A stretch of 64,000 nt of DNA from an uncultured Pirellulaceae bacterium (GCA_964567745.1 CAZMNY010000011.1:70159-134158), one strand, 5' to 3'. Positions 1 through 10,569 are shown, counted from the first letter of the stretch. Notes: generated from the letters alone by a model not told the origin. Translations and numbers: made by a program.

Positions 1-129
1 CTGGGTATGTCGCTGGAGAAACTGGGCGAGGACCGAGCGGCACAACGCGCAATGAAAATGTCGCAAGACCTTTACGGCGAGAAAACTGACTCGCAATGAA
101 CGGTTCAAACAATTGAGAGGAGAATTGCC

Positions 130-579
130 ATGGGTGTCACGATTGTCGTTGAAGAGGGGATTAACGCGAAGGTCGAAGACGTGTTTCGGCGAATGACCGA
201 CGTTGATGGCTGGGCGGAACTTGTATCCGGAATCAATTCGGTCGAGTTGTTAACGGATGGCCCTTTTCGAGTCGGCACGCGCTGGCGGGAAACCAGAACG
301 ATGTTCGGAAAGGATGCTTCCGAGGAGATGGAGGTCACGCGGCTCAAACAGAACGAGGCCATGACGATTGAGGCCAAGTCGTGCGGCGCGCTCTACCAAA
401 CAGACATTAGCTTTCGAGAGTCGGACGACGGGACGGTTGTCCGCATGACTACGGCGGTCAAGCCATTGACTCTAATGGCGAAACTGACAGCTCCTCTCGG
501 CTGGATGATGTCCGGGATGCTCAAGAGATGTCTCGCCAAAGATCTCGCCGACATTAAGCAGGCGGTTGAAGCGAGCTAG
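130..579 (+). CDS. SRPBCC (START/Bet v1-like polyketide cyclase/dehydrase fold) family protein
   Basis: 149-aa ORF with ATG at 130. Size and sequence pattern are typical of SRPBCC ligand-binding domain proteins. Ends at TAG 577-579. Confidence 0.55.
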   Translation: MGVTIVVEEGINAKVEDVFRRMTDVDGWAELVSGINSVELLTDGPFRVGTRWRETRTMFGKDASEEMEVTRLKQNEAMTIEAKSCGALYQTDISFRESDDGTVVRMTTAVKPLTLMAKLTAPLGWMMSGMLKRCLAKDLADIKQAVEAS

Positions 580-605
580 TCTAGCGACGGCGGTCATCAC
601 GTCTT

Positions 606-684
606 CGTTTAACCCGTTGCCGCAGGCAAGACGCGGCTTCTAGTCCGCAAGAAGAACGACTCGCCTGCGGCAACGGGTTAAACG
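606..684. terminator. Long perfect inverted repeat (22-bp arms, 35-nt spacer) between convergent genes; likely bidirectional terminator hairpin
   Basis: cgtttaacccgttgccgcaggc (606-627) is the exact reverse complement of gcctgcggcaacgggttaaacg (663-684). It lies between the stop of the + gene (579) and the stop of the - gene (711). Confidence 0.5.
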
Positions 685-710
685 AACAATCAAGGACGCG
701 GCAATCTCGC

Positions 711-1703
711 TTAGACAAACACGCTTATCGCCCCCGGCAGGACGGTCGCCGAAACGGGAGTGAGGCCCGTTATTTCACCATCCAAATTGAGAGGGTCTTG
801 GCTGGTCGGTTCGATGCGGAACGACTTCACTTGATAGAGTTCGACACACGGCAGCTCGATGTGCGACCCGTTGAAGACTTTGTTCAGCATTTGGAAGAAC
901 TGCCATCGGGTGGCGCGCCGTACGAGGATCACGTCAACCTTGCCGTCGCTCATGTCGGCCTCGGGCGCAGCCAGCATTCCTCGCCCTGTGAATCTCGTGT
1001 TGCAAGCGATGACGAGCGTAAAGTCGTCTTCGATCGTTTGTTCGTCGAGGATGATTTTGGCGCGCCGTCGCTTGGCTCGAAGAATATGAGACAGCGCGGC
1101 GAGCGTGTATCTTGTCGGTCCAAGGACTCGAAGTCGTTCCGCCGTGATGTTGATGTCGACGACGCCAGCCCAGCCGACAATATTGAGCGCGTGGACAATT
1201 TCGCCGTCGGTAGTCACTCGCATGACGTCGATTGGTTTTACGTCGCCGGCAACGATTCGCCGAGCGGCTTCGATTGGGTCAAGGCAATCGAGATGCATCA
1301 TGATCGAATTGCCGCTTCCCGCTGGGATCAATCCGAGTCGAGTCGCCGCGTCGTCGGCGCGTCGCAGTAGCCCGTTGACGACTTCGTGTATCGTGCCGTC
1401 GCCGCCCAGGACAACGAGTCCGGCGTAGCTCTGCAAGTCGGTCGATTGGGCCAATTCGCGAGCGTGTCCGGCATGCGTGGTCACTCGCACATCCAGTTTG
1501 GCTCCAGCGGCATCGAACACGGGCGTGACCGCTTCCAACACTTCATGCCCCCGGCGCCTGCCACCGCGCGGATTCACGACCGTCAAATATTGTGCGGGAG
1601 AATCGGTCATGTCGAGTGTGTCGGTTGGGAGTCCGCCTTGCCTTTGGCCACGAATTAAAAAAGCGAGCACTCGATTCGCTGCCGGCTCGAACAGGGCCAT
1701 CAT
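711..1703 (-). CDS. Lipid kinase, diacylglycerol kinase catalytic domain family (YegS/BmrU/sphingosine-kinase-like)
   Basis: 330 aa with a GGDGTIHEVVNGL motif characteristic of the DAGK_cat/NAD-kinase-like fold. Confidence 0.7.
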   Translation of the reverse strand: MMALFEPAANRVLAFLIRGQRQGGLPTDTLDMTDSPAQYLTVVNPRGGRRRGHEVLEAVTPVFDAAGAKLDVRVTTHAGHARELAQSTDLQSYAGLVVLGGDGTIHEVVNGLLRRADDAATRLGLIPAGSGNSIMMHLDCLDPIEAARRIVAGDVKPIDVMRVTTDGEIVHALNIVGWAGVVDINITAERLRVLGPTRYTLAALSHILRAKRRRAKIILDEQTIEDDFTLVIACNTRFTGRGMLAAPEADMSDGKVDVILVRRATRWQFFQMLNKVFNGSHIELPCVELYQVKSFRIEPTSQDPLNLDGEITGLTPVSATVLPGAISVFV

Positions 1704-1953
1704 AGCGTCGCGTCCGCTCGACGACAGCCATACCTTCGGCCGCGGGTTTAACGAGCGTTGTTAATACAGTCGGCGTAGGGCAACCTTGAGCCGGCCAGAG
1801 CAGCGTTCTGTTCGACTAACCCCCGCGCCGTCAGCCAGTTTGACTTGCAACGCCACCTGGGTTCGTCGATATTCGAGTACAACGCATGCGAAGACTCGAG
1901 CACTGGGTTGTCAGCCCGGGTGCTTGGCAGTTCCATTAACGAGCAGGCAACGG

Positions 1954-2319
1954 ATGGAAAAACTAGTAACAGTCGCCACGTTTGATTTTCCCGGCAAAGC
2001 GCAGGTATTGAAGCTGCTCTTAGAGGAACAGGGATTGGACGTGTTTCTTATCGACGACAATTTGGTCGGAACCAACCTGTTTCTGTCCAACGCGGTCGGC
2101 GGCGCGAAGCTCCAAGTTCGCGAGTCGGACGTCGAGACAGCGCTGCAGTTTGTCGAAGCAGATCGCCAGTCATCGCGTCACGCTGACAAGCCATTAAACA
2201 AGCCGGATGTGAAGTTTGATTGCGAGGAATGCGGGGAGACGATTTCGTTTGCGGCCAATCGTCGCGGCGGCGTTGAGACTTGCCCGTTTTGCCGAAAATA
2301 CGTCGACGTGCCGGAGTAG
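1954..2319 (+). CDS. DUF2007 (putative signal-transducing) domain protein with C-terminal CxxC...CxxC zinc ribbon
   Basis: ATG at 1954 (MEKLVTVATFDFPG...) in frame with the longer track ORF. C-terminus CEECGETISF...CPFCRK. The longer N-terminal extension has no start signal. Confidence 0.6.
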   Translation: MEKLVTVATFDFPGKAQVLKLLLEEQGLDVFLIDDNLVGTNLFLSNAVGGAKLQVRESDVETALQFVEADRQSSRHADKPLNKPDVKFDCEECGETISFAANRRGGVETCPFCRKYVDVPE

Positions 2320-2408
2320 ATGGCCTAGGGGCGCCGATCGCAAATCGCGGGATCTTTGACCCACACCGTGCGATCGTAGGCTAAAATGGCGCCTCGCTCG
2401 CCCGAAGT

Positions 2409-4301
2409 TTGTGGGCGAGTCGACAGCCTATTCGTCCCGCAAGGTTAGTCATCGTGAACGAAGAAAACTCGTCGTCGACGCGCGATCTCGGTGCGACGGA
2501 TCCCGAGTTCACGAAAGAGGGCGAAGCTGCTCAGGCAGCCGCTGCGGAGAACCGGCCATCCGGCGACATTGACGAGACGCTAGCTCTGCCAAGCGACGGC
2601 CCGGTTTCAACTCGACCTGTTGCCAGCGGTTCGCGGTATGACGTGTTGCGCGACCACGCGAAGGGCGGCCTGGGGAAAGTCTCGGTGGCCCGCGACAACG
2701 AGCTGAATCGAGAGGTGGCGTTAAAGGAGATTCAAGAACGGCACGCCCGCGATCCGGCGAGTCGTTCGCGATTTGTTCTCGAAGCGGAGATCACCGGTGC
2801 ACTCGAACACCCTGGAATTGTCCCCGTTTATGGGCTTGGTCAATATGACGATGGCAGGCCTTACTACGCGATGCGCTTCATCCGAGGCGACAGTCTGTCC
2901 ATTAACCATTTGGGCGTCGCGCATGCTCAGGCCGGTCATTTTGAAAAAGCCTTTCCACTGTTAAGGCACGCGCTCAGCCGTCGCGAGGAAACTCTGGGCG
3001 CCGATCACGACGACACGCTGCAGTCGATCGCCAGTCTCGCTTTCGCCCTTGCTCAAGTAGGCGACTACGGTGCCGCTGCGCCGCTATTTAAGAAACGCTT
3101 GGAATGGGCCGAGCGAAAACTGGGCAAGGATCATCCCTCGACGCTAGGCTCATTGCAGAATCTTGCGATTGCCTATCAAGGGCAGGGCGATCATGTCAGC
3201 GCGCTGCCGCTTCATCGAGAAGCCAATGAGCGTCGGCGAGAGGCGCTCGGTGAGGATCACATCGATACGCTTTTTGCAATGAACAGCCTGGCGCAGGCGT
3301 ACACGCGTGTCGGAGAGTACGATGAAGCGATCCCGATGCTGGAAGAATGTCTATCGCGACGAAAAAAGACGCTTGGCGCCGACCATCCTCACGTTCTGGT
3401 CACGATGCTGGACTCGGCCTTGGCTTTTCAGGCCGACGACGACATGCCGCAAGCGATCTCGATGTTCGAACAAGCTGTTGAGAGTCATCGAGCCAAGTTC
3501 GGCGCGGAGCACGGTTGGACCATCGGTGCCGCAAACCAGCTGACGGCCGCGTATCTTCGCGGCGGACAAGTCGACAAGGCGATCTCGGCCGTCGAGAAGA
3601 CCTGGGAACATAGTCAAGCGGGCCTGCTGGAAAGCGATGAGAAACGCAAAACGGCCATGAACTACTTGGCGATGGCCTACAAGACTGGGAAGAAATACGA
3701 CAAGGCTCTGCCGATGTTTGCTGAGATGCTCAAGAACGCTAGGGAGAAGTTGGGCGACGCGCATCCCAACACGCTGGCCTGCGTCTGGAACCTAGCCGTT
3801 ACGCAGCTCGCGGCTGACCAAGCAGAAACAGCGTTACCGTTGCTCAAGGAGTTTATCGACGGACGACGCGCGCTCGCGCCCGCCGATCCTTCGCGTTTTG
3901 CCTGCGAGTTGTTGTCGGCGGCCAACACGCTCAATGCCAACGGGCAATTTCAAGATGCCGAGACGTATTTGCGTGAGTGTCTGGCGTTTCAAAAGAGCAA
4001 TGATCTCGATGACGGGCCGTTTTTTGTCGCCCAAAGCTTGCTTGGCGAAACGCTCGCGGAACAGACCAAGTATGAAGACGCCGAAGCTCAGCTTTTGGCC
4101 GCCCACTCGGGCCAAGCCGATTCGGCAGGCGATGACGACACGCAACTCGTCGAAACCCTAACGCGACTGGTCGCTTTGTATACCGTCATGAAGAATCCGG
4201 CCGAGCAAGAAAGATGGCGGGCCAAGTTGGACGAGCTGCGTCCGCCAATGGAGCCCAGTCGCATCAAACTCAGCAAACGGTCGCCTCAAACCAGCAATTG
4301 A
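2409..4301 (+). CDS. Ser/Thr protein kinase-like N-lobe only (GxGxxG, VALK, alphaC Glu, HPGIV, hinge) fused to about 8 kinesin-light-chain-type TPR repeats; predicted pseudokinase
   Basis: The kinase similarity stops after subdomain V (YYAMRFIRGDSL). There is no HRD catalytic loop and no DFG; TPR_12-like repeats (LGxDHxDTL...) follow directly. Start is TTG 2409 or GTG 2454, with no in-frame ATG. Confidence 0.7.
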   Translation: MWASRQPIRPARLVIVNEENSSSTRDLGATDPEFTKEGEAAQAAAAENRPSGDIDETLALPSDGPVSTRPVASGSRYDVLRDHAKGGLGKVSVARDNELNREVALKEIQERHARDPASRSRFVLEAEITGALEHPGIVPVYGLGQYDDGRPYYAMRFIRGDSLSINHLGVAHAQAGHFEKAFPLLRHALSRREETLGADHDDTLQSIASLAFALAQVGDYGAAAPLFKKRLEWAERKLGKDHPSTLGSLQNLAIAYQGQGDHVSALPLHREANERRREALGEDHIDTLFAMNSLAQAYTRVGEYDEAIPMLEECLSRRKKTLGADHPHVLVTMLDSALAFQADDDMPQAISMFEQAVESHRAKFGAEHGWTIGAANQLTAAYLRGGQVDKAISAVEKTWEHSQAGLLESDEKRKTAMNYLAMAYKTGKKYDKALPMFAEMLKNAREKLGDAHPNTLACVWNLAVTQLAADQAETALPLLKEFIDGRRALAPADPSRFACELLSAANTLNANGQFQDAETYLRECLAFQKSNDLDDGPFFVAQSLLGETLAEQTKYEDAEAQLLAAHSGQADSAGDDDTQLVETLTRLVALYTVMKNPAEQERWRAKLDELRPPMEPSRIKLSKRSPQTSN

Positions 4302-4351
4302 TAACCACGCAAACTTACATTCACCAATCGAAAAGTCGGAGTTACTTGGAA

Positions 4352-5557
4352 ATGTCGAAGATGTCTCGCACCCGCTTGGCGGCTTGTTTCTTACTGGCGC
4401 TTGCTTGGGCCTTCTTGAGTATCGGTCTCGATTTGCCTCTCGCAGAGTCGGCCGAACCAGTTCAAGAATCAAAATGGCGATCGCTGCAGATCGACAAGAT
4501 TCAAATCGGATACGGGCTTCAGCTCGTCGACGTCGATGGCGATGGCGACACCGATATTCTGCTCGCAGACAAGAGCACGATTCAGTGGTACGAGAATCCT
4601 AAGTGGACGAAACATATCATCGCCCGCGACCTGACGAAGCGCGATAACGTCTGCATCGCGGCCCGCGATATCGACGGTGACGGCAAGTGCGAGATCGCTG
4701 TCGGCGGCCAATGGAATTATCGCGAGACGATTAAAGATGGCGCCGTCTTCTATCTCATTCCCCCGAAAGACCGCAGGCAGCTATGGACGCCTGTCGAATT
4801 GCATCACGAGCCGAGTGTGCATCGCATGCATTGGGTCAGGTGCAAAGGCAATGAGTACCGGTTGGTCGTCAAGCCCTTGCGCGGTCGGGGAAGCGTCAAC
4901 GGTGACGGCAATGGTCTGCGGATTCTCGAGTACTTCATGCCGCCAAATCCGCGCGACCCATGGAAGTTCAAAGTGATTAACGAATCGATGCACCTTTCGC
5001 ACAACTTCCATGTCGTCAATTGGGACGACGATCAAGAGGAAGAAATAATCGTCGCGGGCAAAGAGGGCGTTTGGCATTTTGACGAGCAAGACGATGGTTG
5101 GGCGGCCACCCAGTTGACCAAGAATTTCGCCGGTGAGATTCGCGACGGCAAACTGCCGAATGGAAAGCGATTTATCGCGACGGTGGAGCCGAATCATGGT
5201 GCCGTCTCGGCGGTCTACTCGGAGCCCAAGAACCCGGGCGAACTCTGGCGGCCGGTGCATGTTCTCGATCGAAAGCTCAAGGACGGCCATGCTGTGGCGT
5301 GTGCCGATTACCTCGGAGTTGGCTCCGACCAGGTCGTCGTCGGTTGGCGGGCGATGAATGATCCTGGCGTGCCTGGGATCAAACTGTTCACGCCGCTCGA
5401 TGCCAGCGGCGGAAAGTGGCGAGAGAAACGAATCTCTGCGGCTCAGGTCGCTGTGGAGGATATTAAAGTGGCTGATCTCAACGGAGACGGAAAGGTTGAC
5501 ATCGTCGCTGCCGCCCGCCAGACGAAGAACCTGGTTATCTTCTATAATGAACGCTGA
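4352..5557 (+). CDS. Secreted FG-GAP/VCBS repeat (integrin-alpha-like beta-propeller) protein
   Basis: Signal peptide MSKMSRTRLAACFLLALAWAF. Repeated DxDGDGxxD motifs (DVDGDGDTDILLAD, DIDGDGKCEIAVGG, DLNGDGKVDIVAAA). Confidence 0.75.
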   Translation: MSKMSRTRLAACFLLALAWAFLSIGLDLPLAESAEPVQESKWRSLQIDKIQIGYGLQLVDVDGDGDTDILLADKSTIQWYENPKWTKHIIARDLTKRDNVCIAARDIDGDGKCEIAVGGQWNYRETIKDGAVFYLIPPKDRRQLWTPVELHHEPSVHRMHWVRCKGNEYRLVVKPLRGRGSVNGDGNGLRILEYFMPPNPRDPWKFKVINESMHLSHNFHVVNWDDDQEEEIIVAGKEGVWHFDEQDDGWAATQLTKNFAGEIRDGKLPNGKRFIATVEPNHGAVSAVYSEPKNPGELWRPVHVLDRKLKDGHAVACADYLGVGSDQVVVGWRAMNDPGVPGIKLFTPLDASGGKWREKRISAAQVAVEDIKVADLNGDGKVDIVAAARQTKNLVIFYNER

Positions 5558-5695
5558 GCGGCTGCGGCTTAAGCGCCGTCGATCCGTTGAACACGCCGAC
5601 TTCCGAGTCGTTCGTCGATCTTGTCCGACGACTTCGAAGTCAAGCTTGCCTCCCTCACGACTCGATTCGCCACGCGACAGCTAACACGCCAAGGT

Positions 5696-8600
5696 ATGAA
5701 TGTGATGAACGATAACAAATCCCGGCGCTACTTCACGCCACTGCGTCTTCTGGTCATTGTCGTGAGCGCGACCTCGATTTGGACGTTGGCCCATTATGCG
5801 GCGACAGCCCAGAAGCCGCCGGCGAGACGCGTGACTAAGAAGGACATGCCGAGGATCCCGCATACGGAGCCAAAGGACGCGCTCAAGACGTTTCAGTTGG
5901 CAAAGAATTGCAGCCTGGAACTAGTGGCCGCGGAGCCGCTTGTCGCCGATCCCGTTGACGCTTGCTTTGACGAGAATGGGCGAATGTTCGTCGCCGAGAT
6001 GCATGGGTATCCGTTTTCCCAAGAGCCGACCAAGCTGAATCCAGCTGGGGGCGGCAAGAAAGACGCGGGCATTATTCGCTTGCTCGAGGATACCGATGGC
6101 GACGGGCAAATGGATCGAAGCGTCGTCTACGCCGACAAACTCAGTTGGCCCACGTCGGTCTGTTGCTACAACGGCGGACTGTTCGTGCTCGCGCCGAAGT
6201 ACCTGTACTACTTGAAAGATACCGACGGCGACGACCGAGCTGACGTGCGCGACGTCGTCCTATCTGGATTTGGTCGCGACAATGTTCAGTCGCTCGCCAA
6301 CAACTTGAAATGGGGCCTCGACAACAAGATCTATTTCGCCACCGGACGCAACCCAAAGAAGCTGCTGCATCGCGGGAAGCCTCTGTTTTCAACTTCCGGC
6401 AGCGACTTGCGATTCGATCCGAAGACAGAGAAATTCGAACGCGTCACCGGCGGGCAGCAATTCGGCCACTCGATGGATGATTGGGGAAATCGATTCGTTT
6501 GCAGTAACAGCAATCACATTCAACAGGTCGTCTACCCGCAGCGGTACCTCGCGCGAAACCCATACCTCGCCGTCTCCAGCCTCGTACGCAGCATCGCGGC
6601 CGACGGCGCGAGCGCTCGAGTTTATCGCACGAGTCCGCCTGAGCCGTGGCGGATTATTCGGCAGAAATGGCGAGCTGAGGCGAAGGGCTACAAGCTGGTC
6701 ATCAACGATGACGGGGCCTGGGAGTTTCTCCCGCTCGATCCGTCCAAGAAGAAAGGTGCCGTGCCGACCGAGTACCCCGTCGGCTATTTCACCTCGGCGA
6801 CCGGCGTCACCATTTATCGTGGCGGCGGTTACCCGACTGAATTTGCAGGCAACGCTTTCGTTGGCGATGTCGGTGGCAATATTGTTCATCGAAAGCGTTT
6901 GAACGCGAAAGGCGTCCTATTCTCTGCGAGTCGAGCGGATGAAGGCGAAGAGTTTATTCGTTCGTCGGACAACTGGTTCCGGCCGGTCAACTTTGTCAAC
7001 GCGCCCGACGGCAGCCTCTACGTTCTCGACATGTACCGCGAGACGGTCGAGCACCCGTATTCGATCCCCGAAGAGATCAAGAAGTTCCTGCACTTGCAGA
7101 GCGGCGCTGATCGTGGCCGAATCTATCGCATCGTGACGCCGAAAATGAAGCGAACCGCACAAGTCAAGTTGGGGTCGCTCTCGAGCGCTCAGCTCGTTGC
7201 GGCGCTCGATTCCAAAAACGCCTGGAGCCGACAGTCGGCCCAACGATTGCTCTGGCAACGACAGGATAAAACCGTCGCCGCCGACCTGGCTCGACTCGCC
7301 GCTACGTCCAAGAACCCGCTGGCGCGACTGCATGCGTTATGCACGTTGGCCAGTCTCGACATGCTCAACGCGGAGCAACTTGTGGGGGCGATGTCGGATT
7401 CCAATCCTCGAGTGCGTGAGCATGCGGTGAGGTTGTCCGAGCCCTTCTTGGCGGAGAGCGAGGCTGTTGCCAAAGCCGCGCTCGCGCTTTGCGGCGACGA
7501 CGATAACCGAGTGCGATTTCAGTTGGCGTTCTCGCTTGGCGAATCCAGCGATGCGACTGCGGTTAACGGATTGATGCGGTTGGCGCGCGACCGTCGCAAT
7601 GGCGGTGAGATCCGCACGGCGTTGCTCACCTCCGCCGGGGCCAACCCCGACAAGCTGATCGTCGCTTTGCTCAAAGACTCACAGTATCTCAAACAGCCTC
7701 ACGCTTCCGCCTTGCTTTCGGATCTCTGCGAAATCATCGGAGCGAATCCCAAGTCGATATTCGCTCAGCGTGTACTCGCCGCTGCGGCTTCTTCTGAGCT
7801 GCCGACCTCTTGGCAACAGACAGTCTTGTTTGGTGTCGGCGAGGGCTTGAGGCGACGGGGATCATCCGTGCCGCGATTGCTAGGCGAGAAGTCGACTCCG
7901 CCCGAGGTTCTCGAACAAACAGCAGGTCTCTTTGAGCGAGCCGCGGAGGTTGCGGGCGACGACAAACAGCCGATGGTCCAACGAGTTCAGTCGGTTTTGT
8001 TGCTGGCATTCGCGAACCCGGAAGTTGCCGACAAGTATTTGCCAGAGTTTCTTTCGCCGAGATCGCCTCAATCACTTCAGCTTGCCGCCGCCGCGTCGCT
8101 CGGCCGACAGGAATCGGCCTCGGCAGCTCGGCTCTTGCTGGAAGGTTGGCGTGGCTACAGTCCGGCCGTGCGGCGCGAAGTCATCGACGCTCTGTTGTCT
8201 ACGGTCAAACGCATTGACACGCTTCTCACCGCGATCGAGAGCGATGCGGTCAAGCCAAGCGAGCTGGAACGCGACAAGAAGCAGGTGCTGCTGAAACACC
8301 CGAACGTGGGCGTTCGCAAACGGAGCGTCAAGCTGTTCGGCGGCGAATTTAATTCAGATCGAGCCAGGGTCGTGGCTCAGCTCCAATCGGTGCTCGATCT
8401 GGACGGCGACATCAATCGCGGGCGGGAAATATTCGGCAAAAAGTGCTCCGTTTGCCATAGGGTCGACGAAGTCGGGCACGCCGTCGCGCCGGATTTGTCG
8501 TCGGTGAAGAATAAATCGTCGAGCGATCTATTGATCGCCATTCTCGATCCCAACCGAGAGGCTCAGCCCAACTTCAACACGTATAACGTCGTGACGGAAA

Positions 8601-8815
8601 GCGGCAAGATCTACACCGGAATCATTGCCTCCGAGACGGCGAACAGCATTACGCTTCGCCGTTCTGAAGCCAAGGAGGATGTGATCCTTCGCAGTACAGT
8701 TGAGGAGCTGACTTCGACTGGCGTTTCTCTGATGCCGGAAGGTCTCGAGAAGGAATTGTCGCCGCAAGATATCGCGGACGTGATTGCCTTCGTCAAGTCG
8801 ATTAAGTCGAAATAG
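5696..8815 (+). CDS. Large PVC-lineage protein: N-terminal putative membrane-bound dehydrogenase (Piru_Ver_Nterm-type beta-propeller), central HEAT/PBS-lyase repeats, C-terminal c-type cytochrome domain (CSVCH)
   Basis: ATG at 5696 (MNVMNDNKSRRYFTPLRLLVIVV signal/TM). HEAT-like repeats (NPRVREHAVRL, DDDNRVRFQLAFSLGE). CxxCH heme motif GKKCSVCHRVDEVG near the C-terminus. Architecture is typical of Rhodopirellula/Verrucomicrobium proteins. Confidence 0.8.
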   Translation: MNVMNDNKSRRYFTPLRLLVIVVSATSIWTLAHYAATAQKPPARRVTKKDMPRIPHTEPKDALKTFQLAKNCSLELVAAEPLVADPVDACFDENGRMFVAEMHGYPFSQEPTKLNPAGGGKKDAGIIRLLEDTDGDGQMDRSVVYADKLSWPTSVCCYNGGLFVLAPKYLYYLKDTDGDDRADVRDVVLSGFGRDNVQSLANNLKWGLDNKIYFATGRNPKKLLHRGKPLFSTSGSDLRFDPKTEKFERVTGGQQFGHSMDDWGNRFVCSNSNHIQQVVYPQRYLARNPYLAVSSLVRSIAADGASARVYRTSPPEPWRIIRQKWRAEAKGYKLVINDDGAWEFLPLDPSKKKGAVPTEYPVGYFTSATGVTIYRGGGYPTEFAGNAFVGDVGGNIVHRKRLNAKGVLFSASRADEGEEFIRSSDNWFRPVNFVNAPDGSLYVLDMYRETVEHPYSIPEEIKKFLHLQSGADRGRIYRIVTPKMKRTAQVKLGSLSSAQLVAALDSKNAWSRQSAQRLLWQRQDKTVAADLARLAATSKNPLARLHALCTLASLDMLNAEQLVGAMSDSNPRVREHAVRLSEPFLAESEAVAKAALALCGDDDNRVRFQLAFSLGESSDATAVNGLMRLARDRRNGGEIRTALLTSAGANPDKLIVALLKDSQYLKQPHASALLSDLCEIIGANPKSIFAQRVLAAAASSELPTSWQQTVLFGVGEGLRRRGSSVPRLLGEKSTPPEVLEQTAGLFERAAEVAGDDKQPMVQRVQSVLLLAFANPEVADKYLPEFLSPRSPQSLQLAAAASLGRQESASAARLLLEGWRGYSPAVRREVIDALLSTVKRIDTLLTAIESDAVKPSELERDKKQVLLKHPNVGVRKRSVKLFGGEFNSDRARVVAQLQSVLDLDGDINRGREIFGKKCSVCHRVDEVGHAVAPDLSSVKNKSSSDLLIAILDPNREAQPNFNTYNVVTESGKIYTGIIASETANSITLRRSEAKEDVILRSTVEELTSTGVSLMPEGLEKELSPQDIADVIAFVKSIKSK

Positions 8816-8836
8816 CGCTCGCAAGCAAAGGACAAA

Positions 8837-8860
8837 GCGGCGGAGTTAGTACTCCGCCGC
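8837..8860 (+). terminator. Stem-loop terminator candidate downstream of the 5696..8815 gene
   Basis: gcggcggag-ttagta-ctccgccgc is a 9-bp perfect stem, 22 nt after the stop codon. Confidence 0.5.
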
Positions 8861-9021
8861 TTGTCGGCCAATCGCTCCCAAGGAGTAGTGTCTGCAACTG
8901 AGATTGCCGGCGTACTGTGAGTATCTTAGTACTGCGCGGCTTGTCGACTCGAGTTGCCTGTTCGCGTTTGCCCCAAAAAGTCAGCTTGTTAGTTTTCGCC
9001 CCTTTGATCTCGTTTTCGACG

Positions 9022-10569
9022 CTAGGGCAGGGCGTAGATGCCGCCGAGCACGGTGCCCGTTTGCATGAGGGCGCCTCGGGCGCTGATCGGCACAGCGGGT
9101 AGGAGCCATGGGGCGCAGTCGCCCGGCCGATAATGGCCGAGCGGATACTGGCACTCGTTCAGCGGATGCACGCCCATGTTGTAGGGCAGCACAATGGCGC
9201 TGGCGAAGAAGTGGGCGGCTGAGAATGAGGGCTGGAGCCAGGGGCCCATCGTGTGGCCGTAACGCTCGAGCTGTACCTGTTCGAAGTAGAGCGGTTTGTG
9301 GCAAAGCGCGCTGGCTTTCCACGTTAACGTCATCGGCATGAAGTTTCTGCCGGCGTAGACTTCGTCACCCAAATTGCATTCAGTCGGCAGCGACCAGAAT
9401 GCGGTTACGTAACATTGATCGGTGTCGCTGAGATGCCGCAGCACCAAGCGATTTGTCGAGCCGTCTTCGTCTTCGATGATAACTCGGTGGTCACGCAGGT
9501 CGACGAGCCGACCGCGAGCGACAATGCTGCCGCCGCGATCTCGCCAGTCTCGCACCACGGCCTGCGACAGCCGTTTCGCTTTGTGGCGAGCTTCTTCGGC
9601 CGCGTCGGCGCCAGGCTCAAATCGGGGAGTCATGTCGAGCGAGATTGTCCGGATCGACATGCTCTTGAGCATGTGATTGTGATTGGCGCATCGATCGGAT
9701 TCGCTGCAGCAGTTGATGTCGTTGAAAATGTGAGGGCAGGGTTTGCCTGTCGGGTCGATCCCGCCGGCATTGCCTCGCGGCGCAGCCGATCCGGGAGCGT
9801 CATTCGGAGTTGTTTGCGTTGGCGGCGCGGGCGGCCCGTCTTGATAGCGAGGCGCGCGAACCGTAAGCGGCGCGGTGCCGATGCCGTCTCCAAATGGATC
9901 GTCGAATGGATCGGCCGCTTGATTTCGCCCTTGAGTTGATTGCTGGCTGTTTCGTCCGTTCAGCCTGTCCGAAGGCCGCTGCGCTGTTCGATAGGCCGGA
10001 CCATAGTCAGCTTTGTTTGCCGAGTAGGGTTCGTCGAGCAGTTTGGCGCCGGAGGCTCGGGGAGTCCAAGTTGTTTCACCGCTGCCGGACGTCGCCGGGC
10101 CGTCGAGCGGTAAATCGGCGGGCGCGGCGTATTGGCGGGGCGAAGGAGCTTGCGCGACGCGGACGCTGTCGTCTGACGTCGCCCGGCCTCGCCACTGCGG
10201 TTGTGACTCGTCGTAGACGACTGGGGCTACCGGCGATGTCGGCTGGGTCTTCTGCTCGATTTTTTCTCGCTCAGAGGTCAGGCGGATCTGTGTGCGAGTC
10301 GGTTTGGTTTCGAATAGCGAACGCCGGGTCGCAGATGACTCTTGGCCCGAATCGCGAGCAGGAGCGAGCTGCTTGGCGTCTTGAGAGAAGATGAGAGCTC
10401 GAGGGGGTTCGGCCATGGCGGCGGCCGGCAGCAGTGCGAGTCCGATCGACGCGAGTCCCTTGATGGCTCGCTGTTTGATCGCGAGTTTCGTCGAATTCAG
10501 GCTAGTTGGATTTGCCGTCGCTCGAGTCGGGGCTGTAGTTGGGTGCTTCTTGCGTAATCGCGATGTCAT
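9022..10569 (-). CDS. Secreted low-complexity protein with an SLA1-homology (SHD1) domain and a conserved Cys-rich C-terminal domain of unknown function
   Basis: SHD1-like stretch [45 protein letters not shown]. Signal-like [20 protein letters not shown] at 10569 (the track start 10638 is TTG). Either start overlaps the guaB 3 prime end. Confidence 0.6.
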   Translation of the reverse strand: MTSRLRKKHPTTAPTRATANPTSLNSTKLAIKQRAIKGLASIGLALLPAAAMAEPPRALIFSQDAKQLAPARDSGQESSATRRSLFETKPTRTQIRLTSEREKIEQKTQPTSPVAPVVYDESQPQWRGRATSDDSVRVAQAPSPRQYAAPADLPLDGPATSGSGETTWTPRASGAKLLDEPYSANKADYGPAYRTAQRPSDRLNGRNSQQSTQGRNQAADPFDDPFGDGIGTAPLTVRAPRYQDGPPAPPTQTTPNDAPGSAAPRGNAGGIDPTGKPCPHIFNDINCCSESDRCANHNHMLKSMSIRTISLDMTPRFEPGADAAEEARHKAKRLSQAVVRDWRDRGGSIVARGRLVDLRDHRVIIEDEDGSTNRLVLRHLSDTDQCYVTAFWSLPTECNLGDEVYAGRNFMPMTLTWKASALCHKPLYFEQVQLERYGHTMGPWLQPSFSAAHFFASAIVLPYNMGVHPLNECQYPLGHYRPGDCAPWLLPAVPISARGALMQTGTVLGGIYALP

